From Adineta vaga (taxonomy: Eukaryota > Animalia > Rotifera): a DNA stretch of 64,000 nucleotides. The notes below the pieces were generated by a model that was not told the DNA's origin, did not search any database, and was given only the letters and a program-made list of their open reading frames with translations. The position numbers and the translations under genes were made by a program. Shown here in pieces: positions 33,483 to 46,706 of the stretch. The stretch spans positions 12,896,001 to 12,960,000 of the forward strand of contig CP075493.1 of assembly GCA_021613535.1 (NCBI GenBank), read 5' to 3'. The first letter of the stretch is position 1, and every line of letters starts with the position of its first letter.

Positions 33483-34992
33483 TTAAATACTTTTAATCAT
33501 ATAATTTTCATTGTCAAATAATTCAAGTTCAAGTTGATGATATTGTTGAAGTGAATCATGATGACCAATACTAATCATTGTCAAATTTTGATTAATCAAA
33601 TATGTATACATTTTCATTTCCATTCGGACATCAATTGACGAAGTAATTTCATCTGGGAAAACTAGATTAATACGTGGATGTTCATTTGATGCAAGACGAA
33701 GAAGTAATCGTATAAATGATAAACGTTGAATTTCACCCGATGATAATAAATCTTGCCAAGGATATTTTGGACATTGATGAATATTTCCTTGAACACAATT
33801 TAGAATATGCGCAAGATTCCATTCCGTAAGAAATTGTTCAATTTGTATTTGATGAATGACATTTGATTGAGAGTCAAGAGTAGGATAAGAAAGTTCATCG
33901 TACAATGAACTATTGGTGAAATAGGGACGTTGTGGAAGTAGATAAACTTGATCAGATCTATATGAAAATGATCCATTTTTGTTCACTGGCCATAAGGAAT
34001 GAAGAATACGAAATAACGATGTTTTACCAACACCACTACTACCTATGATTATAATTCGTTCAGATCTTCTGTTATATCAAATAAAATCTACCTGTGGTTA
34101 ATAAACGGTGTCCTTCACGCAAAATCAAATTTAGATTATTCATTAGTAAAACGTTTCCATTGTCCGGTGCTGTATATGAAAGATCTCTAATAATAAGAAT
34201 TTCATTGCCATGAATTTCTTCATTGATTTGTTTTTTAAAACGATTGTACACGATGTGTATTTGATGCAATGATCGTTAAATCACTTGCTGTATCATTCAA
34301 TTGATTGAAACAAAAGATAAGATAGCCAATAATAAATATCGTTTCACTGATTTTCTGTACAAGTGCAAGTGTTGTTAAATGACCGTATAAATGAAAAACA
34401 AGAATTGCTAATGCTAATAATAGATAAGCGAATATACTACCAATGTAAACATATAGAGTTGTAGATAAACTACGTTCATCGGGATTATCAATTATTGGTT
34501 TTACATCATTCGTTGACGACGATTCTACTGAACAAGGATTGTTATGCTCACTAGTTGTGTTACACTCAGTTTTTGTAGTAGGATTTAATACGTGATAGTA
34601 ATGTTGCTCTGTAAAATACAGTGAATGTAAATAAACAGTCAATCTTTTACGCCATTGAATATAAATTATTGATGATAGAAAAGTCGATAGTGATTTGAAG
34701 AATGCATCAAGTGCGACGTAGAAAAATGAACGAATAATTAACCAATGGAATTCGGAAAGATTACGTTCGGTGGATGACTTACCTAATTGAAAAGAATATT
34801 GCGATGGTAGTAAACCATAACTAAATAGATAATAAATTGAAAAATAATTTGATTAATTGCTATCAATAATAAAAGTATTAGTGGATGAGAATAGAAACGT
34901 TCATCCAAATGACGAGAAAATGATGATCATATACGAAAAATTTGTATAAATCGTTTGAGGAATAGATAATTTAAGTTGTTTATCGAACTCAT
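33483..34992 (-). pseudogene. ABCD4: ABCD4-like half ABC transporter, disrupted
   Basis: FLKRFIQIFRI, GLLPSQY, WRKRLTVYLHSLYF, IDNPDER, Walker A GSSGVGKT, LSSGEIQRL; in-frame stops, a frameshift near 34235, a TMD deletion and degenerate Walker B (VFPDE). Confidence 0.75.
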
Positions 34993-35243
34993 AATACATA
35001 ATGATATATTAAAAAAGTATTTTATCACTCTTCGATATATGAGACAATATTGTTGACGCTCTAATGTTGCCAGACGTTGTGTTTTTTTTTCATATTGTTA
35101 AATGTTATCTATCGTCACACACGTTCTCTCTTCTTTCTTTCTATACGAATTCCTTGACTATAGCTTTATTTAAGTTTGACGAAATGATATACTCAGAGAG
35201 AAAAGGTAAAAAAACAGTTAAATAATATCATATATAGTTTTTT

Positions 35244-36953
35244 CTACAGCTTCTCTGTGATCCTTGGATATTTGTTATCAATCCAAATACATATGTGTGT
35301 ATCATGCGATGTTGTTCCATCATTTTCATAATCTCTTGTGGTATGTCCAGTACGAAAACGAGCATTACGTTTACGTAATTCACTTTCCAATGATGATAAA
35401 TCAATTGGATTATCAAATATATCAAAACAAACTTTTATTGTCAATAATTTTGATAATCGTTCTAGTAAAATTAACACATAATTTGTTTGTTTAATACTAA
35501 TTGTCAGATGTTTAAGATTTGAAAATACTTTGCAGAATTCTATAGTAACATTTTCATTAATAAAACATGTTGGATATGAACAGATACATAAATTTTTAAT
35601 CCTTTCAGTCAAATATCTGCATAATTTCGTGTTTTTGAAGACGAAGGAAATATGTTGCGAACTAATACATAGTTCGGATAATTTTCGAGCTTTACTCAAT
35701 ATATTGAGTAATAAAGATGAAATATGAACTTGAGGAGTTTGTGCAGCATTCAAGAAGACTAGATTAGATAAATTAACAATTGTTTCCAAGGATTGAATGT
35801 TCTGAATTTGTCCCGTATATGATAGATTTAATATTAGACTTGTGATATTTCTAAAATAATATTTGTATTCGTTTTGTATGTCTAGATAATAGATAGTTAA
35901 ATTTTTAACATCATTAAATTTGTTCAAATTCTTCGGTATATTATCACAACCAACAGTAGTAATATATGTTGGTAATGTGAAAGGAAATGATGCAAAAGGT
36001 ATTGTATAAATTTTCGCTTTATCTTCTTCGTATGAATATTCTGTATACCATCGATGTGTTTTTAACCAGAAATCACTTTGAAACGCTTGGTATTTATCAA
36101 AAATTGTTATCTTATCATTATTATAATAAATAAATTCAAAACTAAATTTGAAAACTGTTAATTGAGGAAGTACAGATGTAATTAAATTTTGCCAACGAAA
36201 AGCATCAATAATATCATTATTAACAATAGATGAGATCATCAAAGTTTTCAAATTTGGTGTTTGTTTCATAAGCATTTCGATATATTCAAATGGTCCAAAG
36301 AATGCCGTTAAGATCAATTTGTTTAGATGAACAGCACAATAATTACTAAAATTTGAAAAACGATCTGACCAACGTGAAAAACATGATACATTTCGACAAT
36401 TGACATATTTTAACATAGGTGCATATTCAAATAAATGACTTAAATCACAACAGGAACTATCTGAAAGTGTCAAATGTGTTATCAATGAAGTTATTTGAAA
36501 TAGAAGTGGTACAGAATCATTTAATTCACTTTTTAGTTTATCATTTGGTTTGATTAAATGTATATACCGTAGATTTGATAAATATGGTAAGATGAATTTT
36601 AATTTGTCATTATCATCTTTGTCAATTTCGACTAGAATTAATGATCGAAGAGAAGAAAATTCATTGAATGAGAAAAATGAAAGAAATGTTTGAATTTGAT
36701 GACATGTCGGATTATTTGATAGAATTAATGAATAAATTTGCTTTTTAATTGCCGGATTTAATAATATTAGTATACAAAATTGATCGAATACGGACTTGGA
36801 AATATATCTGCAATCGAAATGTAATGAAATATTTTCAAGTAATTGCTTAAAACGATAATTTAATTGACCAAATGAATAAAAAATATCTGGTGCATTGAGA
36901 TAATCGAAACATTCGAGAAGAATTTCATTTGGTAAAGTTTCAAATGTCACCAT
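35244..36953 (-). CDS. F-box-like/LRR protein (lineage-expanded type)
   Basis: N-terminal FETLPNEILLECFDYL; degenerate LRRs; IYTIPF motif. Confidence 0.8.
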   Translation of the reverse strand: MVTFETLPNEILLECFDYLNAPDIFYSFGQLNYRFKQLLENISLHFDCRYISKSVFDQFCILILLNPAIKKQIYSLILSNNPTCHQIQTFLSFFSFNEFSSLRSLILVEIDKDDNDKLKFILPYLSNLRYIHLIKPNDKLKSELNDSVPLLFQITSLITHLTLSDSSCCDLSHLFEYAPMLKYVNCRNVSCFSRWSDRFSNFSNYCAVHLNKLILTAFFGPFEYIEMLMKQTPNLKTLMISSIVNNDIIDAFRWQNLITSVLPQLTVFKFSFEFIYYNNDKITIFDKYQAFQSDFWLKTHRWYTEYSYEEDKAKIYTIPFASFPFTLPTYITTVGCDNIPKNLNKFNDVKNLTIYYLDIQNEYKYYFRNITSLILNLSYTGQIQNIQSLETIVNLSNLVFLNAAQTPQVHISSLLLNILSKARKLSELCISSQHISFVFKNTKLCRYLTERIKNLCICSYPTCFINENVTIEFCKVFSNLKHLTISIKQTNYVLILLERLSKLLTIKVCFDIFDNPIDLSSLESELRKRNARFRTGHTTRDYENDGTTSHDTHICIWIDNKYPRITEKL

Positions 36954-37468
36954 TTGAGAAACGATATGTTATATACTCTCCTGTTTAATTTCAAGTATGT
37001 TTTGATTGTGTTATTTCGTCATAATATAGAAACATTCGTATTTTCTTTCTTCCTTTCTTTCTCTCATCACCTATTCGTTATGAGAGAAACAAATCATATA
37101 ATTCGATTTTTCTTTTTAAAAAATATCATCGAAAGAATTGAGTTTATATAACTCAAACGAGATGGAAATCATCTTTGAAATTGATATGCTTAAACCATTC
37201 CAGTTCTATATTGATTAGAACAAATGAAAATCATCAATTCTTAATAGCATCGATTTGGTTTCTTGAGGATACAATAAAAAAATGCGTAATTGAAATTGAA
37301 AATAAGAAAAACAAAACCATATTACTGCCTTCTTTGTCTGACAGTTTCGTTTGTGCTTGTCGGTTGTTTATGTTATCAACATAACGAAAGTTTCTATAGA
37401 ATTGATTTAAACATAAAAGCATATAGGATTTTTCATCTGCTTCATTTCTTCGATTCAAAGTTGTGGAA

Positions 37469-38554
37469 ATGAGTAAAAAACAATTTTTTACAGCCTCTTT
37501 CGTTCCAAAACCAACTACAAGAAAAAGATGGAATCAAGTATCCTTCCTTATCAAAGAAAATTAGCTTCGATTCTACTTTTTCTATAAGGTAATACCAATC
37601 AAACATGAACGACATCCTCGAAAGATTAGAAAACGATCGATTTCAAATGAAAATAAAGTATCATCGTATGGGTCGTCACCATTATTTGAAAATATCAATT
37701 CATCATTGAACATGCCAAATACAGAAATATCTTCATTTCATCAAGAACAATTCGAGACTAATGACACCTCGCATGCTTCACTTGCTACTTCCGACCGCCC
37801 CTTGCAATTCAAGTGAGTATAAATTCTCCAATAGTCTTTCCTATAGTTTTTTATCTACAGTAATTTTACAATGTACAATGATGGTGTTCATCAAAGAATA
37901 CGGCATTTAGAATATTCCTGGATTGTTACAACATTTTGGCTTACTGTCGTTTCTTTGACAGTCCTTTTAATAGCCATATATCTCCTTTTGATTTTAATTA
38001 AAAATCCGATAATGACAGCATCAACAATAACAACAATAAGTGGTAAAAATCAACATTTTTTTCTATTTTTAAAAGTCTGTTTCTTTATTTATTTACGAGT
38101 AAAGTTACAACGCAAACGACTACAACAACAGCAACGACAACGACGGCGACAACGACAGGTGAAAAGATAATTGATGAAAGCTTACTTTTTGCTGCAAACA
38201 GAAGGATTTATTCAAAATATTTGATTATTTTTTTCTTTAGCTACACCAACTAAACAATCATATTATTGTTCTGGTGTTTCACCATATTCATTATGGATTA
38301 CAGGCCCCTATGGTGACATTATGATGAACATCAATACGAGTCAATGTAATTTTAATTCCACTCCAGTGTACTTTACTAGTTTAGGTGGTGATATGGCACA
38401 TTATGGTGCGGGTGGTTATACTGCTATTTATAGTCCAACGAAAAATTCGTTTTCTGTCTTTATTGCTCCAATTATATCATATACTTTTGCAATCGTGCAG
38501 AATTATACACACTTCTACAGATGGAATGTCAACTGGGTTGGTATATTAGAATGA
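37469..38554 (+). CDS. Multi-exon type II membrane protein with Thr-rich stalk and C-terminal beta-rich (H-lectin-like?) domain
   Basis: TM helix WIVTTFWLTVVSLTVLLIAIYLLLIL; (aca/acg)n Thr stalk ~38105-38158; last exon INTSQCNFNSTPVYFTSLGG...WNVNWVG; exon boundaries only partly resolved. Confidence 0.55.
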
Positions 38555-39973
38555 AGAACATTTATCTTCGATGCTGTCCACAGTTTTCTGAGAAGTCTCC
38601 TTTCAGTTCAACGACCTTTTTTTCATAATTATAATCACTTTCATTAATGTTACCGATACGAAGATAAGTTTATTTGTAACAAAGAATAATATAAGAAAGG
38701 AATTCTTGCCAGTGCCAATTTTTGTGTTTCATAATAATATATTTAACAGTGACGAATGGAGATATTCTGGATAGAAAAGGCTCCAGCGTTGATGAAGTTA
38801 TGCTTTTCTTTATTTCTTCATATCATATCATGTCGTTTGCATATTAAAACAGTGACCTATTTACCCTTCCAAAGAAGAACAGAACACAGTATTATAAGAA
38901 TAGAATACAAAATATGGACAAAGTCCAAGGTAAGAACAAAGAAAAGGATGTAATGCTGTTCATTGATTTCGTGACAATAGAATACTTTTTTACTTCTATA
39001 AAATAAGTCTGTTCTTTTATAGAGTCTGTCTATCTCTCTCGTTAATACATTCCTCCTCATACAGAAAATTCAATCTAGTCATTTGGTCTTTTCTTTCTAA
39101 TTCCTTTTTTATTGATACAATTGCAACTTAATAACATCAATAAAGATGCATCTCTCGTATATTCTGGTAGCTCTGTGCTTTGTTTTGATCATTCCAGCAA
39201 CTGCATCAATGGATTAGCTTAAGTTTACTAATTGGTGTGCTGGTAAGAAGTTGAAGGCACAATATGATGAAATGCAGAAAGCCAATTGTATACATTGTGA
39301 TAGATTTTTCCATTGCAAAGGAAATTACAATGCTGTTTATGAATGTTGAAACTCTGCTGAAACCAAACGCGTTGCAAAAAAAAGTGAGTCATGATGATGC
39401 TCTGCATATCAGTCATATTTCATTTTGTTTCGTTTCAAGTTATTCAGTTAGTAATTGCCGTGAAGAAGTGATGATAGAAAAAAGTGAAGAAAAAGAAAGT
39501 TATTCGAGCACGCTTACTATCATTGGGTGTAAGCAAGTATATATCTCAATAGTTTTTTATGAATACGAAAGTATATTCATATTAGATCGATGTCATTTGG
39601 TTTTATATTATAGTACTATAGTGGAAGTACTCAGGATTGCTCGTGAAATTTTTTTTTCTTCTGTAGAACGAAGATATAAAGTTTCTCTGATTCCAATACT
39701 GTTACACTTCAAACATAAACAAAATAGAAAAAGAAAGACTCCGTATCATGCTAAAGCCGTGCTTTTCATCTCGATCACAATTCCTACTAGACTCTAATCT
39801 ACATTCGCACGCTCATAGCCTGATTTGCTACTTTTGATACAAATCAAAGTCAATAGGTGGTGTCGCCAGATGTTTTTTGCCACATTGATCTGTAGTTTTT
39901 ATCGAAAAAACAGTTCGTTGATAAACATTCTGACTCACTTACTGTAAAGAAAACGAATGAAAGAAAAAAACAA

Positions 39974-40705
39974 ATGACGTTAAATGTATCTATGAAAATA
40001 GATGTAAATTTACAGACTGTTACCGATCTTGTGCATAAACAGTTCGATCTTCATGTTAATCCAGAACGTGAAAGTAAAGTATATGCAACACTCTATGCAT
40101 TTGATATCTTACATAGACGAGCAAATGAATATACTCAATTGTCTGAAGCCTCTCGGACTCGAATTTCTCAACGACTGATAATCTTATGTGACACTGCTGA
40201 AACAATAGATCCACCTGATTGTCCAGAATTAATGATCGACAATAATGATACCACCATGATACTATTTCAGAAGATTAATAGATATCTTTTTCATGAACTG
40301 GATTCGATATTAGAAACACATATTCATGCTGAAATGTCCCATGTTTCTACCATGCCGACTTCATCGTCGTCGTCGTCGTCGTCGTTCGAACTACCTTTGC
40401 CACCTATTGAATGGGCAGTTAACCTTGTTGAAGAATTAGATTATACTAACTATCTCACTCTTCAACCCAGACCATCACTAATTGAATGGATTCAAACAAT
40501 CATTGACAAACATTACAATCCTAGCAATCTCACGCTCTATTTATGCAGTGGATGGAATGCTGTCATAGCTCGTTACAACGAAGTCATCATGGCTCCTATT
40601 GGTAGCAGTCGTCGTACTCAATTATTAGACGCTTTTATCGACAGATTACGCAATACAATGTGCTATCCTGTTCGTGTATCTATTTTGTCAGCTAATCTAA
40701 ATTGA
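39974..40705 (+). CDS. Hypothetical protein with internal poly-Ser tract
   Basis: 243-aa ATG-initiated ORF with protein-like composition; no recognised family. Confidence 0.6.
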   Translation: MTLNVSMKIDVNLQTVTDLVHKQFDLHVNPERESKVYATLYAFDILHRRANEYTQLSEASRTRISQRLIILCDTAETIDPPDCPELMIDNNDTTMILFQKINRYLFHELDSILETHIHAEMSHVSTMPTSSSSSSSSFELPLPPIEWAVNLVEELDYTNYLTLQPRPSLIEWIQTIIDKHYNPSNLTLYLCSGWNAVIARYNEVIMAPIGSSRRTQLLDAFIDRLRNTMCYPVRVSILSANLN

Positions 40706-40734
40706 CATTTTTAAATAATCGAAAGAAAGAGATA

Positions 40735-41225
40735 CTATAGATATAGTACTGTTAATGTTAAATAGTAGCTGTAACTATGACAGGATATGCTTCCTGTTAA
40801 TGTATATAAATAGAAACTACTTGTATGTGCAAAAAATAATAATATATTGAAAGTTTGAGTGGCTAAATTTTCTTGTGCAGTTCAAAATGCATTCTTCGTA
40901 GTGGCTTCTATAAATGATAGATACAATTGAATAATACTGGATGGTATAGTAGAAAGTATAATAACAAGCACTTGAACAGTTAGCATACGTAAAAGTTGTG
41001 TATCTGTACGTCGATGACGTTGATTATTTCCATTCAGTATTGGCGATATTGATGAATATTCTTCACTGTTCGAATACCAAATAAAAAAATTAGAAAACAG
41101 GGACATAATGAATATACAGCCATATGTCAAGGTGCATTGCACAACGGTGTAACTCTACTAGATTGGTGAACAAGATTAGCTATTTCACAATAAACTATCA
41201 TATGACTCTATATAAGACGATCATT
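40735..41225 (-). pseudogene. Orphan GPCR relic (TM5-TM7)
   Basis: RRTDTQLLRMLTVQV; TGA at 40882-40884, then AQENL...SSFYLYTLTG continues in frame. Confidence 0.7.
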
Positions 41226-41234
41226 ATTAAGGTA

Positions 41235-41258
41235 ATATATATATATATATATATATAT
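41235..41258. repeat. (TA)n microsatellite
   Basis: About 11 consecutive TA units. Confidence 0.9.
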
Positions 41259-41601
41259 GTAGTGGACAAATGAAAACATCAGAAAATGAATTGAGATTTA
41301 TTTTTTTGTTGTGACATGCAATTAAAAGAAATCAAATTGCGTTCAGTTGCACAATTCTGATAAAATTATGCTTATTATTTCAGTTATGGACTATACGGAA
41401 TTCGCTCTCACTCTTAAGTTATGCTATGAGTACTATGTGAGTATAATACATACAAAAAGATACTCGTTTGTAAAAGGACCGAAAAAGAAATTAAATGTTA
41501 GTTTCGATTTATTTAGTGTTGATTACAACGAATAATATCTCTGTTGATGTGTTTATTTAAGAATGATCTTCATCAAACACATATTTAGTCAGTGAAATAA
41601 T

Positions 41602-43138
41602 TTAGCACCAAAGATCACCACCCTGAAATTCAAACTTTTGAACTCGATGATTTCCTCTGTCACATACATACAAATTCATTTTACTGTCAAATGCTAGGCT
41701 GTACGCAATACTCAAATGTTCAGCATCATTTCCACTTTTTCCCTCTATACTACCAGCTATCACTTCCATTTTCTTATCTCTTATACTCATTCGTTTAACG
41801 CGAGGTGAGTATTGTTCCGTAATATATAAATTACCATATTGATCAAGGATTACATCTGAAGGTCTATCCAGACTAGATGCAACACTAACGCTCTTAGTAT
41901 TGTTGCCATTATAAAATAACTGAATTGTCCCTCTAGAGTAATCACATACATAGATATTATCACATTGATCAACAAAGAATCCACCGTTAGACCATGCTGC
42001 GACGATACTTCTATTATTAAATAATGTACTTGGCGAATACTTAATAATTCCACCTGAATATTCTGCCGAAACATATATATCTCCTTGTTTGTTAAGAAAA
42101 ACTCTAGTTGGATGGTCTATATCTCTAATAACGGTTTCACCTTGTGTGCTATTTATAGATCACTTTTGTATGCGGTTACTCGAGGAATCAGCAATGAATA
42201 GATCACCGTTTATATTACCAGAGACATCGTATGGATAATAGAATTGATTACTTGCATTACCACGTCCATTTCCTCCAGCCACAACCTTACCAATATTTGA
42301 TCCTTGTACAAATTTCGAGACAACTTCTTTTCCTTCATCTACAACATAAAGATTATCATTTTGATCAATGAATATGCCAGAAGGCCAATGAAGTTGCACA
42401 TTTGATTTTCCCCATGTTCCATTCCCAGCGACAATGACACCGCATGGATTCCATTTGGGTTTGCTGCATGTAGAGCCTTTTGGTGGTTGTTGAAATGGCA
42501 CACATTTTTCAGAACCAGGAACAGTACTAATTGTACTTGTTCATACATTTGTTAAAGTAGTGTTTTCAAAACAATCATGATCTAAAGTATTATATTATAA
42601 CACATCGCTGATAAAAATTCGAGTAAAATCAATATCATATATCTTACAAGACTTATTTTGACACTGTTTCCATGTTAAATTTTGAAACTCTTGTCCTTGA
42701 TAAGTTGATTGATGCAATTTCAAACATTGAGCTATTAGTTTATCACAAAGACAAATCGAGTATTCACATGTACCATCATTATCTGTACAAGTCATTAAAT
42801 CTTTTGGTATCATAAAATCGTAGTCAACTGTTACATTGTTACATAAACTTGAAGAACTTTTATAACAATCATAGTGTTGTCGGCAACAGCGATCAGTTTC
42901 ATCCATAGCGCCATTTGTCTCTTCATGATTCAGTGAATTACACCTACCAGCAAGATAGAATTGATAAAATCTTAAATATTCTAAAACTTTAAACTTACCA
43001 ACATCCGTATGACTGATAATCACTGAATGATTTCTTTGTCAAATATGTTATTATGTCATTGAGTCGAGGTGAGAAAGAAGTTGATACCGCTGAATTGAAT
43101 ATAATAATCGCACAAAAGTAAAATGTAATAATCAACAT
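41602..43138 (-). pseudogene. Secreted PLA2 (group I/II-like) fused to an NHL beta-propeller; two in-frame TGA codons
   Basis: Signal peptide from ATG 43138; YGCW|C across an intron; DETDRCCRQHYDCY; CLCDK; a second intron joins in frame to NHL repeats; TGA at 42541-42543 and 42160-42162. Confidence 0.75.
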
Positions 43139-43474
43139 TTTGCGTTTTTAGTGAAAGATAAAATATCGTTACGAAGTATATACCCTTGACAAATGAGAGA
43201 TTAGTGACACAAATACTGTATTGTTAAAATAATGCCACCTGCATATTTCTAACACAGAATATCAAATTTCAAGTTTTTTTTCTTGGAAAATGAATTTTTT
43301 TTTTCGTAGAAGAAAGGATTATACATTTATTTTTTGTCTACACCTATATATTCTCAATGATTGATGAAAATCTTTTATATCGTTATCAGATGACAACCAA
43401 TGTGATTTCAATAGATCGTTTATCTCAATTAAAAATAAAAAATAACATTTAAAAAACTAACAATCAAGATATAT

Positions 43475-44044
43475 TTATAACGAAGATGATGTTTTGGAAA
43501 GATTTAATTGATAATTTTCTTTGAAATTTTCAATAGTTGATGGAAGTTTAGGTGATTGAATGGATTTATGATAAAGATCATCAATTATCATCTGTGGTGT
43601 AAGAGTACGTGGAATAACAGCACATCTTCCTAATAAAGAAAAAGCTATTTTTTGATTTTTTTCAAGAATAATTAATTGTTCCATATAAAAAGCTTTATCA
43701 TCCCATCCATGTAAACGTGAAACTACTTGAAATCGATCGTTCCATCCAATGCTATGTCGATATTGACCTTGAAATGCACTAACAACATAAAAGGCATTTG
43801 CAAATCCTGCTTTTCTTCGCTCTACTACAGCATCCCATAAACCAGTTTGAAGTAGATATTTAAATCGACCAAAATCACAATGAAGAATAAATCGTGAATT
43901 GTTCATATGCCAATTAAAATCAAGATCATTTAATCGACATCGACTATGAATTATAACATCATCAAGGATATTCACACGAGACTTCGATATTTTATGTCGA
44001 AAATAAGAAAAAATTTGACGAGAAAAATAGCTTAAATCCAACAT
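43475..44044 (-). CDS. THEM6-like hot-dog-fold thioesterase
   Basis: DLDFNWHMNNSRF..DFGR and WDDKAFYMEQ motifs. Confidence 0.8.
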   Translation of the reverse strand: MLDLSYFSRQIFSYFRHKISKSRVNILDDVIIHSRCRLNDLDFNWHMNNSRFILHCDFGRFKYLLQTGLWDAVVERRKAGFANAFYVVSAFQGQYRHSIGWNDRFQVVSRLHGWDDKAFYMEQLIILEKNQKIAFSLLGRCAVIPRTLTPQMIIDDLYHKSIQSPKLPSTIENFKENYQLNLSKTSSSL

Positions 44045-44488
44045 TACTTCATTTCACTCATAACTAGCCGTTTTAATCGTAGTACAAAGACCTATTAACA
44101 ATCTTTCATTGGCCGTTCGATATGACCAATGAACAAGAAGAGGTCGCACGTTGTCAGCTATACGTAAATCTTTTGTTTTTGGTAGACAAAAAGAAACTGT
44201 CTCAGCAGTTTATTTTTATAGAAGAAATTATCAGATTCATATGAACATTACTCACTCGTAATCACAGTGAGATAATTATCATTTAACGTAAAGGGATGAG
44301 CTAGATGTTGGTTGTATCTTTTTCGCGGCTTCCAAAGTGTGAACGAAGTAACACCTGTTTCGTCATGTTTTTTTTATTGAAGTAATTAATTCATATTTCA
44401 AAGAAGAAGATGAATTTATTCTTGAATGAGAAAAAGCAGCTTGATATTTATTTGAAAAAACTCATGTCTACATAGAGTTCATAGCTGT

Positions 44489-45430
44489 CTATTTTGCCAA
44501 GGGAACGACAGTTCCTCGTGGTTGCGCTCTCCAAAATAATAATGCACGTAGCTTCGATTTTAATTGAGATAAAGCAAATAGATTTACATAAGGCAATAGA
44601 AATCCGGGAATATATGCCAATGCTACGATATACCATCCGGTATCATCATTATTTAAAATAGTAACTCCAAACGATTGTGTAATAAACACAATCACATAGG
44701 GCAGATAAAAGGCAAAGTAGATAGTAGAAACTGAAATCAATTGAATAATCATTTTTCGTTGTCGACGCCAATCAATTGCCCGTTGTAAACGACGTTTTTA
44801 TTGTATTAGAACACGAATAAGCAGAGAACAACTAAATATACCGATCATTATAACTGGAAAAATATAATGAACAATTGATTCGAACCAACTGAACTATTCA
44901 GGCATGAAACCATAAAAACAACGGACACCACAATAAAGCAAAGATGAATTATAATTACGTTCACAAAGACAAAGAATAACTAAATAAAAATAAAGAATTG
45001 GTGCATAGACAGAAACAAATCCAAGTGGGATATAATGAAATAAGATACGGCGACGTTTTGTTCGGTGTAGATTGGAATAGAATACAAAAATATGTCGTTC
45101 TATAGAAATCCAAAACATAATATGAAGAGCTCCATACCAAATTCCGAAATCAGCATAAGTACGAAGAAAACAAAGAGGAATACTGAAGAAAGAATGATAC
45201 CCTAATCGATAAAAATCTAGTTGCGTTGATACAGTAGTTATCACATGAAAAAAATGATAAACTAATAAAAGAATAATGGAATGATTTTGAAGATTTTTTC
45301 GTGAAGTTTTGTCACGAAAATAATGATACAATAAAAATAAATAACAAGGAATGCATAATAATTCACCAGTCAATAACATTATATACAAATTTATTCGCCG
45401 TTGCGAAGAAGAATCTTTCACAGTCAACAT
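44489..45430 (-). pseudogene. Rhodopsin-like orphan GPCR with two nonsense codons
   Basis: WISIERHIFV, WRRQRKMIIQL; one continuous frame broken by TAG 44894-44896 and TAA 44798-44800. Confidence 0.85.
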
Positions 45431-46706
45431 TAATAGATTCCTTTAAACTTTGTCAAATAGCGTCTCTCACAGTTTTAACAGATTAAAATAATGATCATTG
45501 TAAAATTTTCTGTTTGTGCTATTTTTCAGTAGTTGTTATGCATGAGTATTCTAGAACATTTTTTATTATATTTTAAAATAGATTAAAGAAAAATATGAGA
45601 GAAAACCGAGTTTATTCTTTTTAATGAATTAACAACTCTTTTTTTAGCTTCAATTCATTAGTGCGTAGGTGTCTAGATTACAAAGACATCACTTTTTGAA
45701 AGAACAGATATGATTTCATACGTAATCAATCATTGTACTTCACAAATTCGTCTTTCACTCTATATCGTCGACGTTATTTTTACAAAACCTTTGGCAACAA
45801 ATATAGGTACTATAAATAATGTCTCACAAGAAGCTTATATATAATTCACACATTTGCCAAAACTTTTCATAAGATGTAATCCAATGACATCGATTTGCAA
45901 CTTTTTTTAATACCTTTCTTTTTTTATCAAATCCTTTTTCACGATAATGTTTCTTAAAAAAATATGTAAGCGAGTTATTATAGTTGTACGAATATAATTG
46001 TATACATCGATGCTATGCCAAAGTCATTCATACCTTCGAATTTCGTCACTTTTTCGAATTCAAACTTTTACAAATAAAAGCCATATTCAACAGATAATTC
46101 AATGATTTATAAAAATAGAAAAATAATTCTCTCTTACGTTCAACCATGCTCTAATAGTCTATTATATACGAACAATCCTCTATATTGGTTCTGTATATAT
46201 CATACATTTCAGTTGATTTTTCAATAAATAAAAAAAATAAAATATTGACATGAATGAATTAGTAACTTTTAGCATCTAAAATAAAATGTCTTGTTTTTCA
46301 TAAGAGATGAAATCTTAATCTAATATGTGAATGCAAAGAGGAGATTATAGCATTTACATCCAGTTATTAGGGATATTTAGCTTGTTTGTCATCGAACTTA
46401 TCTTGAGGATATGAAGTTAAGTGTGAAAGTACGATTGTGTTGAATAGAAATTTGAATCGTGAGACTAAAGAAAGGTCTGTTCTACGAGAAAAAAATGATG
46501 ATGGTGATGAAATAGCGACAACTAATTTTACCATATTGCTGCTATGTTGCCATGACTTACTATACGAAAGAAAGAGAAAGAAAAAAAAAGTAAACATCAC
46601 TATTATTCATTGCAACGCGTCATGCTATTGCATCATGCTGTTTTTTTCTGTAGATAAATACATTTCATTTCTACTGAAAAACCCATAAAAAGAAATCATC
46701 AAAAAA

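Noticed and set aside
39264-39797. 177-aa ORF
   Set aside because: Low-information AT-rich translation with no motif; probably spurious or a decayed mosaic
3285-44896. TGA recoding (Trp/Sec) or programmed read-through explaining the many in-frame TGA codons
   Set aside because: The expected residues differ (Trp versus Arg), TAG and TAA stops also occur, several of the same genes carry frameshifts, and TGA ends apparently intact genes (1390, 40705)
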